NCBI GenBank assembly: GCA_036172245.1 | Contig: JAYWIR010000085.1 | Location: 1-64,000, forward strand | Source: Raillietiella orientalis | Taxonomy: Eukaryota | Length of the DNA stretch: 64,000 nt | Reading direction: 5' to 3' | In this document: one piece after another, positions 51,370 through 64,000 of the stretch | Position numbering within the stretch: position 1 is the stretch's first letter | Layout: the number at the start of each line of letters is the position of its first letter | Made by a program: the position numbers and the translations under genes | The notes under the pieces: model-generated | Told to the model about the DNA's origin: nothing | Database searches by the model: none | The model's input: only the letters and a program-made list of their open reading frames with translations

Positions 51370-53500
51370 AGCACGAGACGAATCTGCACAGCATCACCGA
51401 GTGTAGCACTGTATAGATTCAGCCAAGATCTGTTGGTCCATTACGAATTCTTGCTGAAAGAAGGCAACAACTGATGAAAAAGAGCTCATTTTATTCTGGG
51501 GGTCACTGGCTTTTCCCTTCAAGTTCATGTTCTTAGAAAAAGGTAATTCTTCACCACTTTCCGCATGTCTTTGTAATTCACTAATGTACACATGCTCGAG
51601 AACCATCGTAATGCAACTGGATTGATCTCTTCTCAGTGCCATGAATTGAAGCCGATCTGCGCGTGATGCTGAGGGCTGCATCATAATCCTTTGAAAAAAA
51701 ACTGGGTTTTCCACTCTTCCAAATATTTTACTGCCATTGGAACCTGCGTGAGTCATCGATGGAGCTTCTGGAGCAGGCGTTTGGACTGTGATCTTTTCCA
51801 CAGGCAGGATATGCTCCTCCGTGCAATCCCTGTCCGCGGTCTCGCCTTTGTCGTGCTCCTTCTTTCCAAATATTTCCTCGCTGAATCCTGAAAGAAATTC
51901 AACTTCTGGCTTTTGTATTAGTGAGAGGAACAACCTGGGAGGTTCTTACGCGCGCTTCAATCTCTGCTTGTGTTTCCTTGTGGGGTGACTTTCGAACTCT
52001 TCAGCTCCTTCATGGAAGACCCTACGATCCCTGCTTCGCCTCACTGCATACCTGCATTCTTTGGGTCTCCAAGAGAAAGAGTCGCCATCTTCAGTCCTTG
52101 CGTTAGAATTACGACATTTGCATCATCGTATCAGTTAGTAGCACTTCTTCCGTTTTCGCCCTGTTGTCCCGGACGTCCGCTGAGAATAAGAACGCAGAAG
52201 TAGTCCGCAAGAATTTCCTGCAAGGAGACTCTGGAGGGTTTGCCAGCCGGCAGGTCTGCTGGATACAAAGGCCGATGCGAAGGGAGGTGGGGGAGAGAAA
52301 GTAAAAAATGATAAAAAGTAGGGAAGGAAAGGGAAAGGGGTCCTCAGCATTTTTGGTCTGCGCGAGATTCAGGGCTATCCATCTCGCTAGTTCTTCACCC
52401 AGGTGCAATCTTCCCGCCACGTTCTTCGTCATCGCAGCTGCTACGCAGCCGGCATCCCTTGGCTATCCTACGAAGCTGCAGTTCGTTGCTCCGTCACAAC
52501 ACTATGGGTGCAGCACAAAGTCGAGAGAGCAGGAGCAAGAAGGTGGAAGCTCTTTGGAGGTGTGCTGCTACAAGACTACAACGTGCAATGCAGGGCGCTG
52601 CAGTCCACCAGAGGTGCGGAAACTGCTCGATTTCCTCTTGGCAGTTCAGGGAGGCGCTCCCTTGGGGCATGAAGTGTCGGCGCTGATTTCACCGGAAATC
52701 CCCAGTGTAGAAAAGGAATCACTATTCCTGATAATTAAGAGGGAGCCTGGAAGAGTAAAAACACAAAGCTGAGACAGCAATTTCCTTTGGGGGCACACTC
52801 AAGAGTTCGAACTGCCGGAGCAGTCTCTGGCTTCGTCGGCCAACCCCCTTGTCTGCCATCTTTCCAGGAGTTTCTTCACTTCTAAAGTGCTCCATTCTCC
52901 CCCTCCCCCAGAAACTCTTTAGGCCCTACAACAGAGTTTCTTTGCAAATAATGGTGTCATGATAACAAAAGAGATCCCTTTCCCTTCCGGTAGGCAGTTG
53001 CTCTCCCAGAGGTCAGAAGCTCTGCGGCTAAGAGTGCGCAATTGTCCACTCCCGCATGGTCTCCTCCAGGAGCACTATGCCTAGGGAAAGCAGATAAAGA
53101 AATTCATTTAAATGCAGTTCCGTCAGCTCGAGCAGTTCCCGCTTTTTTCAGAGGCTGGAGATCTGAATAGGAACTTCGGCTCCCGTACAGTGCCCTCCCT
53201 TATTACAATGGAGAAGTTCTCATCCATAAGTCCCATCATTTTCTGCATATGAAACACATTAAAAACACCGGTTGCAAGTCTGTTTCCGAGGGCATGAGGA
53301 AGCCCACGAAAAATCATTCATGGGAAAAAAGACACGGGACAGCTAGTGCAGAAGACTAGGTGGCTGGATTCACACAATGCTTTGTCTTCCCAAACTTGCT
53401 GGATGAATCATCCGAACATTCGAGAAGTCTGCAGAGACTATCCGATGGAGCCTCCAAGTCACTTTGTAGATCAGCACCGTATGTGTTCTCTAAGAGATGA
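51370..53500 (+). mobile_element. L1/Tx1 ORF2 relic (APE-linker-RT)
   Basis: DAEGCIII..LPNILLP (APE D.EGR..NIYAP-like), KLLDFL..ALISPEI (linker), ISPIIFCI (RT). Confidence 0.5.
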
Positions 53501-53564
53501 TTAAGGGATGATGTTCAGCAGTAGGGATATTCCTGGTGAGCTCAAAGCTTTTCAAGCGATCGTC

Positions 53565-53625
53565 ACCTCCAGGATTCGAACCCTCAACCTTGCGCTCGGC
53601 ATTGGTAGTTTCGCGATTGTGCCGA
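53565..53625 (-). mobile_element. tRNA-like SINE head
   Basis: GAGGGTTCGAATCCTGG B-box; no complete cloverleaf. Confidence 0.45.
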
Positions 53626-55049
53626 GCCGACTGCTCGAGTTTCGGCTTGCGTGGAACTAAAAATCAATGCTATTCTTCTGACTACTCGACTGTGCAGGTC
53701 TTCATTTGGTCTCCTGGAAGGCATTCTTATCGGTGTGTTCAGTAGATAGATGTTCCAGCTGTGTCGGATGTCAGAACGGCACCATCCTCTTGCCCATCTG
53801 GCTCTCGTATATTACTGAAATTTTCGAGGGCTTGGGATCAGATGTACCATTTTCAAAGGCCGTTCGCATCAGATCTCCAGGATCTCTCTGGAGTACCTGC
53901 TGCTACCACCAGGATCTGCGCCGACAGCGGTTCCAGGCGGACTCGAACCAAAGCTCTTCTAGACACAACATCCCAACCCTCCTCTTGCTCGCCGAAACCT
54001 GAGGAACCTGTCGTCCTTCGATACGGTAAGGCAGAAACGGCTCTGTCACGGTGCTTGGGCCTCACCCATCTCCGGAGCCGCTTGCTTCGGCAGGTGGGTC
54101 GCTCATCACTCTTCAGCGAACTTCAACTTCCACGGGCACCGTCCCGTTGTGCATAGCAACCAACATTTTTCGAGGGATTTGATGAGTGTTTGATCGGTAG
54201 CACCCGAAGAACCTCAATCCGAGCGTTTGGTTTACACCACAGCACCACTTCCGCTTTCCTAAATAGATACTCTTGGGGACTCTCATGAACCTTTCCAGTC
54301 TTCAGGAAAGCCGAGTTCTCACCCAGTCAAAGTCTGAGAATAGGCTGAGACTCTTCGGGTCCAATGCTTCTGACCATTCACTTTGCCTGAGGAGATTCCC
54401 CTTTTTCCTTCCGCTCCAACGAGCACCAGCTATCCCTAGGGGGAACAAAAAGGAAAACTTCGCACAGGGAATTAGCTGTTGGATGGTGAAGATAGTAAAG
54501 AAGTCTTTTCATTCTGTCTTCGTTCTGTCAGTTTTGTCAACAAGAGAGCAAAAGTTCTTGTACCCATTCCAGGAATTCATAACTTTTGTAAACCCTTGTT
54601 CTTTACATTCCAGGTTCCCAAGAAGAATGATGACAGAATTTCGGTGTTCTTAAAGCTTACTAACTGAGTGACTGAGTGTAAGCCATGGACTTCCTGATCG
54701 GAAAATCTGGAAGGATGCTAAGGGAATCAGTTCTTCTCTTTAGGAAACAAAATCAGCAAAAGGCTCTTATCCGTATTCTTAGGCAGCGTTCCTGATTACA
54801 TCGATGCCATTTCTTGGCCGTGCTTCACAAGCAGCTTCCACAAGAGATCCATCTTCGTAGTTCTCCAATTCTGGACCTCAACAGACAGGGTAGTACTCAG
54901 CTATGCTTTTACAAGAGAACAAGAGCACAAGCGACAGACTGTGGATATGAGAGCAGCATTACATGATCTCAATTTGATGCCGTGGGATCCTTACATATAG
55001 TCCAACCTAATGTCCTAGATCCTTGGATGAATTTACTGATTACCTTTTA

Positions 55050-58000
55050 CTGATTCTCCCTGATTCACGTGAAGAGATACACTTGCTTCCAGAAACCTCA
55101 TTGAGACTGGAACCATGAAAGCTGTGATTCTGGGCTCAGAGTAACCGATTAAAAAGGAAAGTCCAAGACTTTGGCATCAAAGAGTATGCACGAAAGTGCA
55201 AACACCGATCGTAAATCGTTCCTGATTTTCTAAACTGGATGTTGTGCTGAGCATAAGAGGAACAAGATGGTGGTGATTTTTCCGCATGGTCAGTCGTCAT
55301 AGAAGAGTAACGTGGTTTCGATGTTATGCTGTAGACCTCCTGGAATTTTTCTTGAAAAAGAGGGGTTCGAAGGGATGGGAAACCTGAACTGATTTTATTG
55401 AGCATCTTCCCCAAGTCGGATCTTGCCTCAAGGTGCATCCAGGTGGACAGATCGATAGGCTTAGCATGGCGACAGGTCACGACACTGCGGCCCTCGAGGT
55501 GAATCGAGTTGCATCGCGAGGCATCTCGTGCTGGCCGGATGACAGAAAGATGACGAGGGCAAAGAACGGATGAAGACGCGGAGGCGAAGCGTGAGGGTTG
55601 CACTACGACCACTGTACGCAGCAAAGCCTTCGGAAATGTCCATGCAGCTCCAGGTACTGGAACGTCACCAAGTCCCAACCATCACTGGTGCTCAGAAATA
55701 ACTCAGGAAGGAATTTGTCGTTACCCATGCTTGGATGACTGAAGTGGTCTCAGGTTTGTCATTCCACTCCGACTCGATAGATAAGAGACTGCGGACACGT
55801 AGACACAGCTGATGAGAGCAACTTCGGTCAAGATTCAGAAGAATATTGAGAACCTTTCTCGAACCATGATTCGGTCTCTGAATGGAGCTCTTTCCGTGTA
55901 ATGTCCACAGTAGTGTTGCCTCCTGCTTCTGTACTCGCGTTGTTGACAGAGTGCTCCACTGTCCGTAACACTGCTGACGCGAGCCACTGTCCGAGTGATC
56001 TTCGGGAGTCCAGTGACACCACAGGTCAATGCCTCCATCAATTTTTCCTCGTCTTTTCCGCAGCCCGAAGTTTCCCTCCTCTTTTGATGATCTGGAAAAA
56101 ACTCTCTAAGAAAACCAAAGAAAATAAGTGAACCTTCCCTCTTTGCCTCTGCGTTGCTCTTGTGATTCTGCACGCTTGCCTCGATTACATCTCCCGATGA
56201 CAGCATCTCTGATCAGGGTATCTCGCTGATTTCTCATTGGCACGTGTCCGTAATCCCCCTTTATCTTGATTATAAGGGTTCCATTGAGTTCGCGGAGGTC
56301 GCGCTTTGAATATTTGAGCGTCTGGTGTTGACGAACAGCGAACGAAAGCGCTTGTGTGATGTCCACGGGGGAGCTGGTGGCACCCGTACACTTCTTTGCT
56401 CTTGCGAATCCAAATGTCTTCACTCTGTTGTCTGTACAGGAGACAGGGAGCAGCACTTTCTCTATCCCCGGGCTTGTTGCTCCGCAACAGTCTATCGGGA
56501 CTGAGGTTCCTCGGGCTCGTCGCTGTTCTATAGAGGGAAGGGTGCAGAAGGCGTCTCAAGGGCACCGGTGGCGGAGGAGAAGCGGGCGGAACGGGAACGC
56601 TCTTCAGTGTTCCAATCTACGTGGTTGCACTTCCAGAATCTCCGGGCTCGCGCTCACGGTTCCTCGAAACACCGCTGGAGTCGCCTTCGTTGCATGTACC
56701 TAACGGTATTGTCCCAAGGCATCATTGCTAAGGGCTGAGCAGGCGCGTGAGCAACGCCAGCAACTGCCTTTCACGACCCCATGCCACTCGGATTCCCTAC
56801 TTCGAAGGTCCTCCTCTTTTCAGCTGAGGTCTGAGGACAGGTCTAGACCTACAGAATGGAAAGTGGAAAGTTCGGACATTTGCCTCAAGATGGTTAGAAT
56901 CGCTCCTTCTCCTCCTTATCTCCCTGCTCCCCCTACTCACCACCTTTTAAGATCGCTCCTCCATCGTTTGACAAACATTGGCTAGAGCATCGCTCCCCGA
57001 CATCTTGTTCTCCTCCCAGGATATCCTTGCGAGCGAATCCTTGCGCTTTTCCTTCGAAGATCCTGCCCGCCAACCTTTTCATTTTCTTCTCCAGAGCTGC
57101 AGCGCTGTGAGCCCATCGAGTGCTCTTCCGCACTTACCAATGAGAAGGCAGGAAGCGGGACGCATACCACAAACTCTCCGGCATTAGATGCTGCTGCTTC
57201 AGGTCTCTCGTGCCGTCTTCCCAGGTGAGAGGTTCCTTCGATCCTTCTTGCTCCCGGTAGGAATGGAGGTGTCAGTGTAGGTGACCCCAAGGAACTGTTG
57301 ATCCTGGAACATGGAGTGCAGCCAGCAGCCAGTCAGGGAGAGAGGAGACTTGTTGCTCCTGCTGACTGAAGAAGTGGGAGCATTCTGGACATCACCATCA
57401 GACTTGCACCATCCGAGATCTCGAGATAGCTCGGATCTCTCAGCTGCCCATGCGCCTCGCCGTCCTCTGCTTTCGTTGCGGAGCAACCTCACAGAGAAGA
57501 CCAGGAGCGGTTTCGGGATTCTTCGGCTTCGCGAGGCAGGAATGAGCTCCTCCCTGAGGACGGACATTTCTTGTGTGCCCTCTTCAGAAACTTTTGCCAT
57601 TCTTCAGAGAAATACAAAGGAAGAACAAAAAGAGGTGCGTTAGGAATGCTGCTGTGTTCCCGGAAATGTTTCTGTTTTCGTGCGTTATCAGCTGACATCC
57701 CAGGCAAACATGTGAGATGCAAAGTCGTTGTTGACTTTTCCAAGATTCACTTTGTGCATTCCTGATTTCCTGTTTGTCTTCCCATACTTTTTTGATAATG
57801 AGCTTCATCGTGACCTCACCGCGCGCCTGGGGTTACTCAGGCGCGTCTGTCTTCTCCCGCCCTTCGACGGTTCCTAGGCAGAGTTCCTGGAAACAACGAG
57901 CAAATTTGCATTCTCCAAAACAAAGCTGCCTTCCATGCGCAACATCCGCCGTCTGGAAAGCGTCTGCCTCAGTGAATCCGGCCAGTTTCTTTGCGAGGGG

Positions 58001-58350
58001 GTAGAATAAGCAACAGGAAATTTGCAAAACCTCTTGAAGCTTTCCCCGTTCCTGCTCTCTGGCCATTGGATTCTAAGCAGGATGATCATCTGTTCCCAGA
58101 TAACTCAAGAGATGCAGCAGATTGATCTTTACTTTTTTCTTTTCCGATTGTATTTGCTTCTGAAGTGCGACATCCTTGGGCAGCCCGTTTTTTCTTGTGG
58201 AAGCTTTCGGATGTGATGCTTAGGTTTCCTTCCAGGAAGCTCGTCCTTCGGACAGGACTTACTCGTGCTCTTGCCAGACTCCCACTCATCTTTCGCAAAG
58301 GACCGCACTCATGAGGTCACCAAGGAAACTCCTGTCCATCAGAGCAAGAT
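55050..58350 (-). mobile_element. L1/Tx1 ORF2 relic (RT to C-terminal zinc finger)
   Basis: QTADVAHGR, FLGVTY, LWYASRFLP..IFEGK..FAR, and PPSCSSY..GTIY..SWTFL, in the expected order. Confidence 0.6.
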
Positions 58351-58749
58351 GCTTCGTGAGGCGCTGGGCTCGAAAATAATCAGCTGCACAAATTGGGAAG
58401 GTTGGACGATAGTCTCTTTGAAATTAAAGGGAATGTCCACGATCTCCCACAGAATCCATGAAAAGCCAGATGGTCTCTCGTTGCACAAGTACCTTCTGGA
58501 GAGACTGATGATTTCTTTCCAGAATCTCACTGCTAATATGAGCTACTACCAGTTCCACAAACTTGGAGCTATGAGAAGAAGGAATGGTACTCGCGAAGTG
58601 AGACCAGCGTCCCATGTTTCTTTCCAGCCTCCGCACCAATATCACGCTCATAGAAGAGAGATGAAAGCTTCCTTCCCTATCCACTTGAGGAGACAGTGCA
58701 ACGACCGTTGCAGACTCCCTACACCCAGACCATTTACTCAGTTGCTATC

Positions 58750-60400
58750 AGCAGAGAGAGTCACCACATCGATCAATGAGGAAGAACCTCTGGATCGGAG
58801 CTGGAGAAGGTTTGGGGAGCTCGATGCATTCACGAGCCTCCAAACCCGGGCTCTCCGGCATTCACATTGGTTCGTGCTCCTATTCGACTTAGCCCAGAGG
58901 GTCCAAGTCCATCCTCCCAAATAGGTGAAACAGATTCATTCCCCTGGAACCTTTGCACCGTGGTTGTGAATCCCCTTGCTCCGGGATGAATTGCCCCATT
59001 TCAGGGGATAATATTTTTCTCGCTTGGGGCCGCTTCTGCTGAGCTTTGTCGTCCTTCTGAGTGCTGTCAAGGTGTCCTGTCTGGATTGAGTGTCGTTCGA
59101 CGGTGAAACCGAAAATGAGGGATGACCTATTCATCCGAGAAACTGGTTCTTTTATGCTCCTATGATCTGGGTTTGGTTGCTATTGAAGGAAGTGCTCTTC
59201 GCTAGATTGGATTTCGAGATCTCGAATGGAGCTCTTTTTGAACACTTCCGCATTCAAGGAGGGAGGAGCTTGCATGAGAACAGAACGACCTCCTGCACCA
59301 GGAAGCTTTGATGAAATAATCGCGAGCTCGTAGCAACGGATGACCACTCTCTCGTCTTTTAGGCTCTGTTCAAACTCTATTCAAACGGGGACCAATTTTC
59401 CCTGCTTATCTGTTTCTTCCCAGAACGAAAGAGAAAAGCGGAGGCAGGACTTGATCTACCAGCCTCGAACAGCTCGTACGCATTCCAGCAGGTGTGACGA
59501 AAGCAGTGGAGAAGTCGCACCAAGTTGACAGCAGACCTCCAGCTGCCTCTGGAGATTCCGAAGCACGAAATCGTCGAGCGACATCAACGGCGAGGCATCT
59601 GCAGCAGACGAATGCACTTAGAAACAACGAGAGCATGTGGTGTGGTTCAGAGCTCTTCGGGGTGCTTTAGAACCAGCCTCCAGACCGCCTTTTGCTTGGA
59701 ATCGGGAGAGGAGGATGTGCAAGTTCGACATACTGAGCTAGAGGGTTTGTATAGTTTCCGAATGCATTTTTCCCGGTGGAGTACTGGGTTCAGCATCCTC
59801 AAGTTGCATCGCTGTCTACTTCTTTGTCTTCATATTTAAGGGCTGTCTGTGTTCGTGCACGATTGGCAAGGTGTTTCCTTCCTGCATTCTTTTTTTTCCA
59901 CCTCGTGCTTTAGGTACCACTGCCTCATCAATGATCCCAGAATGCTTTTTCTGGTTCCCCAAAACCAAGATGGAGTCTTCTGATGGCCCATTCCCTTCCT
60001 TTGCCTTCAGTTCAAAAAAATCTAGAAAATCCTATCTAGAAAATCCTCGGATTCAAAAAAATTGGAAGAGGAAGAAGGAAGGTTCGAAGATGAATGTGGG
60101 TGCAGATGCTTTCTCTGTCGCTTGTCGCTTACGCAGACTAATCTTCAAGGAGTTGTCACAGAACATCCATGATCTGGGAGAACGCTGAACTGAAGCTGTT
60201 TGATCCCAGGGAACCGGATAGTGGATAAAAGCTTCCTGTCCAGAAGGGAACGGATAACCCTGTTTCTCTAAGTTCCCCCTGTTTTCGTCTTCGAATGGTC
60301 TTACAAGAGGCGTCGCCTCTACTGTCCGACCTCAGAGGAAAAGGAAAACGCGATCCATCCCACTGCGAAGAAATCCTGGTCCTCCAGATGCTGTGTGGTT
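58750..60400 (+). mobile_element. L1/Tx1 ORF2 relic (APE onward)
   Basis: RVTTSIN, ELDAFTSLQ, ARLDF, DDHSLV resemble successive APE motifs; right boundary uncertain. Confidence 0.4.
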
Positions 60401-61130
60401 CTTTTTTTCCTTTCTGGTCAACTTCTAGCCCTGCACTTCTCCTCCTAGGTCCCTGAAATATGCCAAAGAAGATTCGCCGACTCCCTAACAGGAAGAAAAG
60501 GGATCAATATGGAAAAAGTCAGAGATCAAGAATCTCCCAGATTACCACTGGGAGCGGCAGTAACTCGAACGATCTCCAGCATCCCATCTCTCCTAGAAGG
60601 TGTTAGTGGGAGGCCCGCGCCTTGGCAGTGGAGGAGAATCACTTCGACAACGCATGCCTCAGTCTTCAGTGTTCTGGAGGAAATCGGACTGAGAGCTCGG
60701 AGCGATTCCTCGTGGCAGATGGCTCAGGGTGCGAAAGGTAAAGGGCTGTCTGGTGGTCTCACTTTTCTGGTCTTCTGGAGAGGCGACTGAAGAGGAGAGA
60801 AGAGTAATGGACTCCAGAAGCGGGCAGACCGGAAAATTGGGAACATCCTCTCGCCTCGTCCCGATCCTATCATTCCGTGCACCCGCCTGCTCTTCGATGT
60901 GCGCGCTGAGCACGCCTTTGCAGCCGCTCCGCGAGACCAGACATGAGGCGGCTGTGACGTCAAGCAGCCGGGCACTCTCCACTCGCGTGTCTTTGCTCCT
61001 CCCATCCCTCTTCTCTCTTGCCCTCCTCTTCCGGTCTGACCAGGAAAGAGACGCTAGCGGTTGCTGCAGCAGCGACGGCACAGACTTTTTTCCTCCTCAT
61101 CCTTTCTCACTTCCTACGAAGATGACGGCG

Positions 61131-61438
61131 TATAAGAGGGGGGGGGGGTGAAGGCAAGCAGTGACGATGGAGACAGTTGCCGACAAGTTGCTAGGGGTTG
61201 CGTCGCCGCAGCTGCCCCTCCCATCGATAAACAAAACGAGGGAGGAAGAGCAGAGGTGGGAGAGCGAATTCTCCACGCCTGCCGATGATGACTGCGCGGC
61301 CGTTATCTCAGGAAGGCGACCGACAGGCGCCTTTAAAAAGAGAATGCTTGCCTCGGGCGTGCCGACTCGTCGAGGCACCCGGGACGCCGAAGGACGCCGC
61401 CGCTCGCTGTCGTGCGGACTCCGTCTCTCAAGGTAAGC
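61131..61438 (+). promoter_or_regulatory. Possible promoter and first exon of an unidentified gene
   Basis: TATAAGAG at 61131 in a CpG-rich island; strong donor AAG/GTAAGC at 61432/61433. Confidence 0.35.
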
Positions 61439-63231
61439 CAGCTTGAGGAAGCGTAAGAGGGAGGTAGTAGAAGACGATGGGATCCCACAAGGGCGCAGCC
61501 GCTGCCGCAACTCCCAACTTTTCCCTCGGGCGCTCCGATGGAGCCTCGTCTCCGGCGATCTTATCGCCTCGCCCTCGCTTCGCGTAAGGAAGGAAAGGGG
61601 GTGTAGGCAGCTACGCAGGGGGAGCGTTCCTTACGAAAACGGCCAGGGATGGCGATCCCTTTCTCTCGATTTTTCACCTTCGTGCCTGTTTCGCGTTACT
61701 CTCGAGCTCGCTTGAGGTTCCGCGCACGGAAAGAGATGATGATGGAGGAGAACGAGTTGGTCATCCTTCCCCCCAAAGAATAGGGTTAGGGAAAACCGGG
61801 GTTCCTCCCACCTCTTCTGGGGAATCATAGGGACTCCAGAAAAATTGTGGGATTCCGGCAGGCAGAGGAGGAATTGCGAGAGAAGCAGAGGCTTTCTCGC
61901 GGATGAGCGAGAGAGCGTTTCTGGACCGCGGCGAAGTTCCGGTTTCCTTGGATATCGCTGATCCCACTTCAATCCCTTCAGAACTCCTCACCTTCTGGCT
62001 ATTCCTTTCCCTCCTCTTCCGTTGCCTTCCTACTGAATGTTTCCCGCTCCTTCCTCTCCCCAGCTGGTGACTGCCCCTCCCTACTTTGTGCTCCACTTGC
62101 TGTTGCCAAGGATACCAGAGATGACTGGTCGAAATGCGTTCGATTGGGTGAGGGAAGAAGCTGGAGAGGTCATGCCGCCCTTTCCCCCTTCCCTCTATCT
62201 GAGACGCTTGAGGAACCTCCAGAAGTGGCACGTGGAAAACCGATCGGCCTCCGAGCTCTCATGTCGCCAGGAATTTCCCCTTGAGGCATTTTGTCTCCTG
62301 GTCCAGCTCCAAGGTCAGTCATAGGAACTGCAAAATCGAAGAGATGGGGGATGGAACCCGGGGGATACTAAGAGGAGACATCTCGGATCCCATTCGCGTC
62401 CGTCCCCGGAGAAAGCGGAGAAAGGTGAAGCCAAGCTGGGATGGGGTGAAATGGGAAAGAGGGGGGGGGGGCGAAAAGCATGGAAGGAGAAGACCGGATA
62501 CGGAGTCTGAATCGGCGCCGAGTAGTATCCCTCAACAGAAAGTGGCCTCGAGAAGTATCGGAAACCAAGATCTCCCAGGGGAGAAGGACGAGTAGCAGAA
62601 GAGATCCTTCAGTGCCTCGTCTTCTCCCCGAGACTCTCTCTGCTCTGGGTGAGCCCCCACCTCCTGCTCGGAATTCCCTCTTCCAGACTGCCGGCAGAGA
62701 TGGTAGCCATGGAGGGGAGGGGGGAGGGGAGTTACTATCACACAGGCACTCGGGAAGTGTTCCCGCACTCTTCCCCCGCTCCCTGCTAGGTGCGCTTTCG
62801 GTAACGCCACGAGTTCCTTTTCCTTTTCTTTCCCTCTGGCGTGACGGTGGGAACCCGATCCCTCGGGGGAGACGGGTAGTAAGCGAGATTGCGTCATGGT
62901 GGTTTGCAGGGTGAAGGGTGGGAGTGGAGGGCACCGGCGAGATTAGCCTCACCCTTCCTGCAAGCACCACCTGCTCCCCGGCCATCTCTCCTCTGTCTAG
63001 AGTTCTTCCTTGCGAAATGATCCATCTTGCTTGCGGACACTCCATCCGATCCCAAGAGCAAGGAAGACGGGAGAAAGATGGGCGTGGCGGCTCCCCGAAT
63101 TCTCCCTTAGGGTCTACCCTCTAGGCACGCCACTCGGGACTCAAGGAATCCGGAGGCACCTGAGATCCCCGACATTAAAAAGAGGTCCTTCCAGGTGGTC
63201 TAGAATGCTGATTGGCACGTTCTAAATGCAG

Positions 63232-63339
63232 GAAGAAGAGAAGGGAGTGGCGTCTTCGCTCGTCCCAGCGTCGCGCCCTTCCTCCGTCGTGAGGGTCAAG
63301 AAGACACAGATCAAGACGTACCGGAAGAGCTACGGAGAG
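63232..63339 (+). CDS. Probable 108-nt coding exon, product unidentified
   Basis: ctaaatgcag acceptor, GAG/GTGAGT donor, open phase-0 frame EEEKGVASSLVPASRPSSVVRVKKTQIKTYRKSYGE. Confidence 0.5.
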
Positions 63340-64000
63340 GTGAGTGCAGAGCGCGCATGCTTGCCCTCCCAGAGAGAGTTTATCCCATCCCTTCCCGTCT
63401 CCTGCGGATTTCCTGGCACCCTCCTGCCGCCCTTTCTCCGACCCTCGGTCGAATCCCGGCTTGGCCACTCCCCTGGGTCGAATGCCTCCCGGGAACCTTT
63501 GCCCGCAGAGGCTCCCCGCTCTCCGGATGCGCCCGGGTGCTCCATACCCGTGTCCAGAGGGAAGAGGAACCCACGCCGGCGAGATTCTTTCCAGTTCCCG
63601 CCCAGCTGCGGGAGCGGTCCAGCACGAGCCGGGGCGCGCGGGACGCTGTCGCGTACGCGCGAGCCAGCGTGAACTCCCCCCCGCCATCAATCCTCCCCGA
63701 GACTTTCGCCGCTGGGCTCTGACCCCCCAGGATACCGAGGGGTTTTCAGCATAACGGGTGGGAGTCGCCATTGGCAACATTCGTCTCCAGAGGAGATGAC
63801 GGAACGCCGGAATCGCTAGAGGGAAGAGTTTTTTATCCCGCTGCTCTTTGCCTGAGCGCTCCGGATCCCTTTCTGGAATTCCAAGTGTTTCCAAGAAACT
63901 TCTGCAGAAAACGAACTGGAGAAGGACAGGAGTCCTCGTGGTTTCCAGCTCGCCCTTTACTGATACCGCTATGCTTCCTCGGGGGCCTCCCTATACCTTA

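Overview
Eukaryotic, animal-like genomic DNA (probably an invertebrate; GT-AG introns as short as about 40 nt). The window has three parts. (1) 1-2.75 kb is a nest of relatively young L1/Tx1-type non-LTR retrotransposons. A minus-strand element (ORF1 with RRM-like and CCHC motifs, then the start of the APE endonuclease of ORF2) is interrupted by two plus-strand 3' ends, both ending at the same 39-nt target. (2) About 2.9-20.7 kb is AT-rich and gene-like, with an intact 3-exon TIMMDC1/140up gene and several decayed or unidentified exon-like segments. (3) About 20.7-64 kb is a GC-richer transposon graveyard: many L1/Tx1 relics on both strands, I-group, R1-like and HERO-like LINE relics, a deleted mariner and a ~600-bp tRNA-derived SINE family. 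It also holds a truncated gamma-glutamyltranspeptidase gene, an intact Not/Noto homeobox gene and probable exons of an unidentified gene near 61-63 kb. Two observations stand out. First, two sequence-diverged L1/Tx1 copies share an ORF1/ORF2 junction module: tandem stop codons, a long near-perfect hairpin hiding the candidate ORF2 start, and ORF2 in the +1 frame. Second, a retrotransposon appears to have inserted twice, antisense, at one site in another retrotransposon's endonuclease gene. All protein family calls are by-eye motif recognition; no searches were run.
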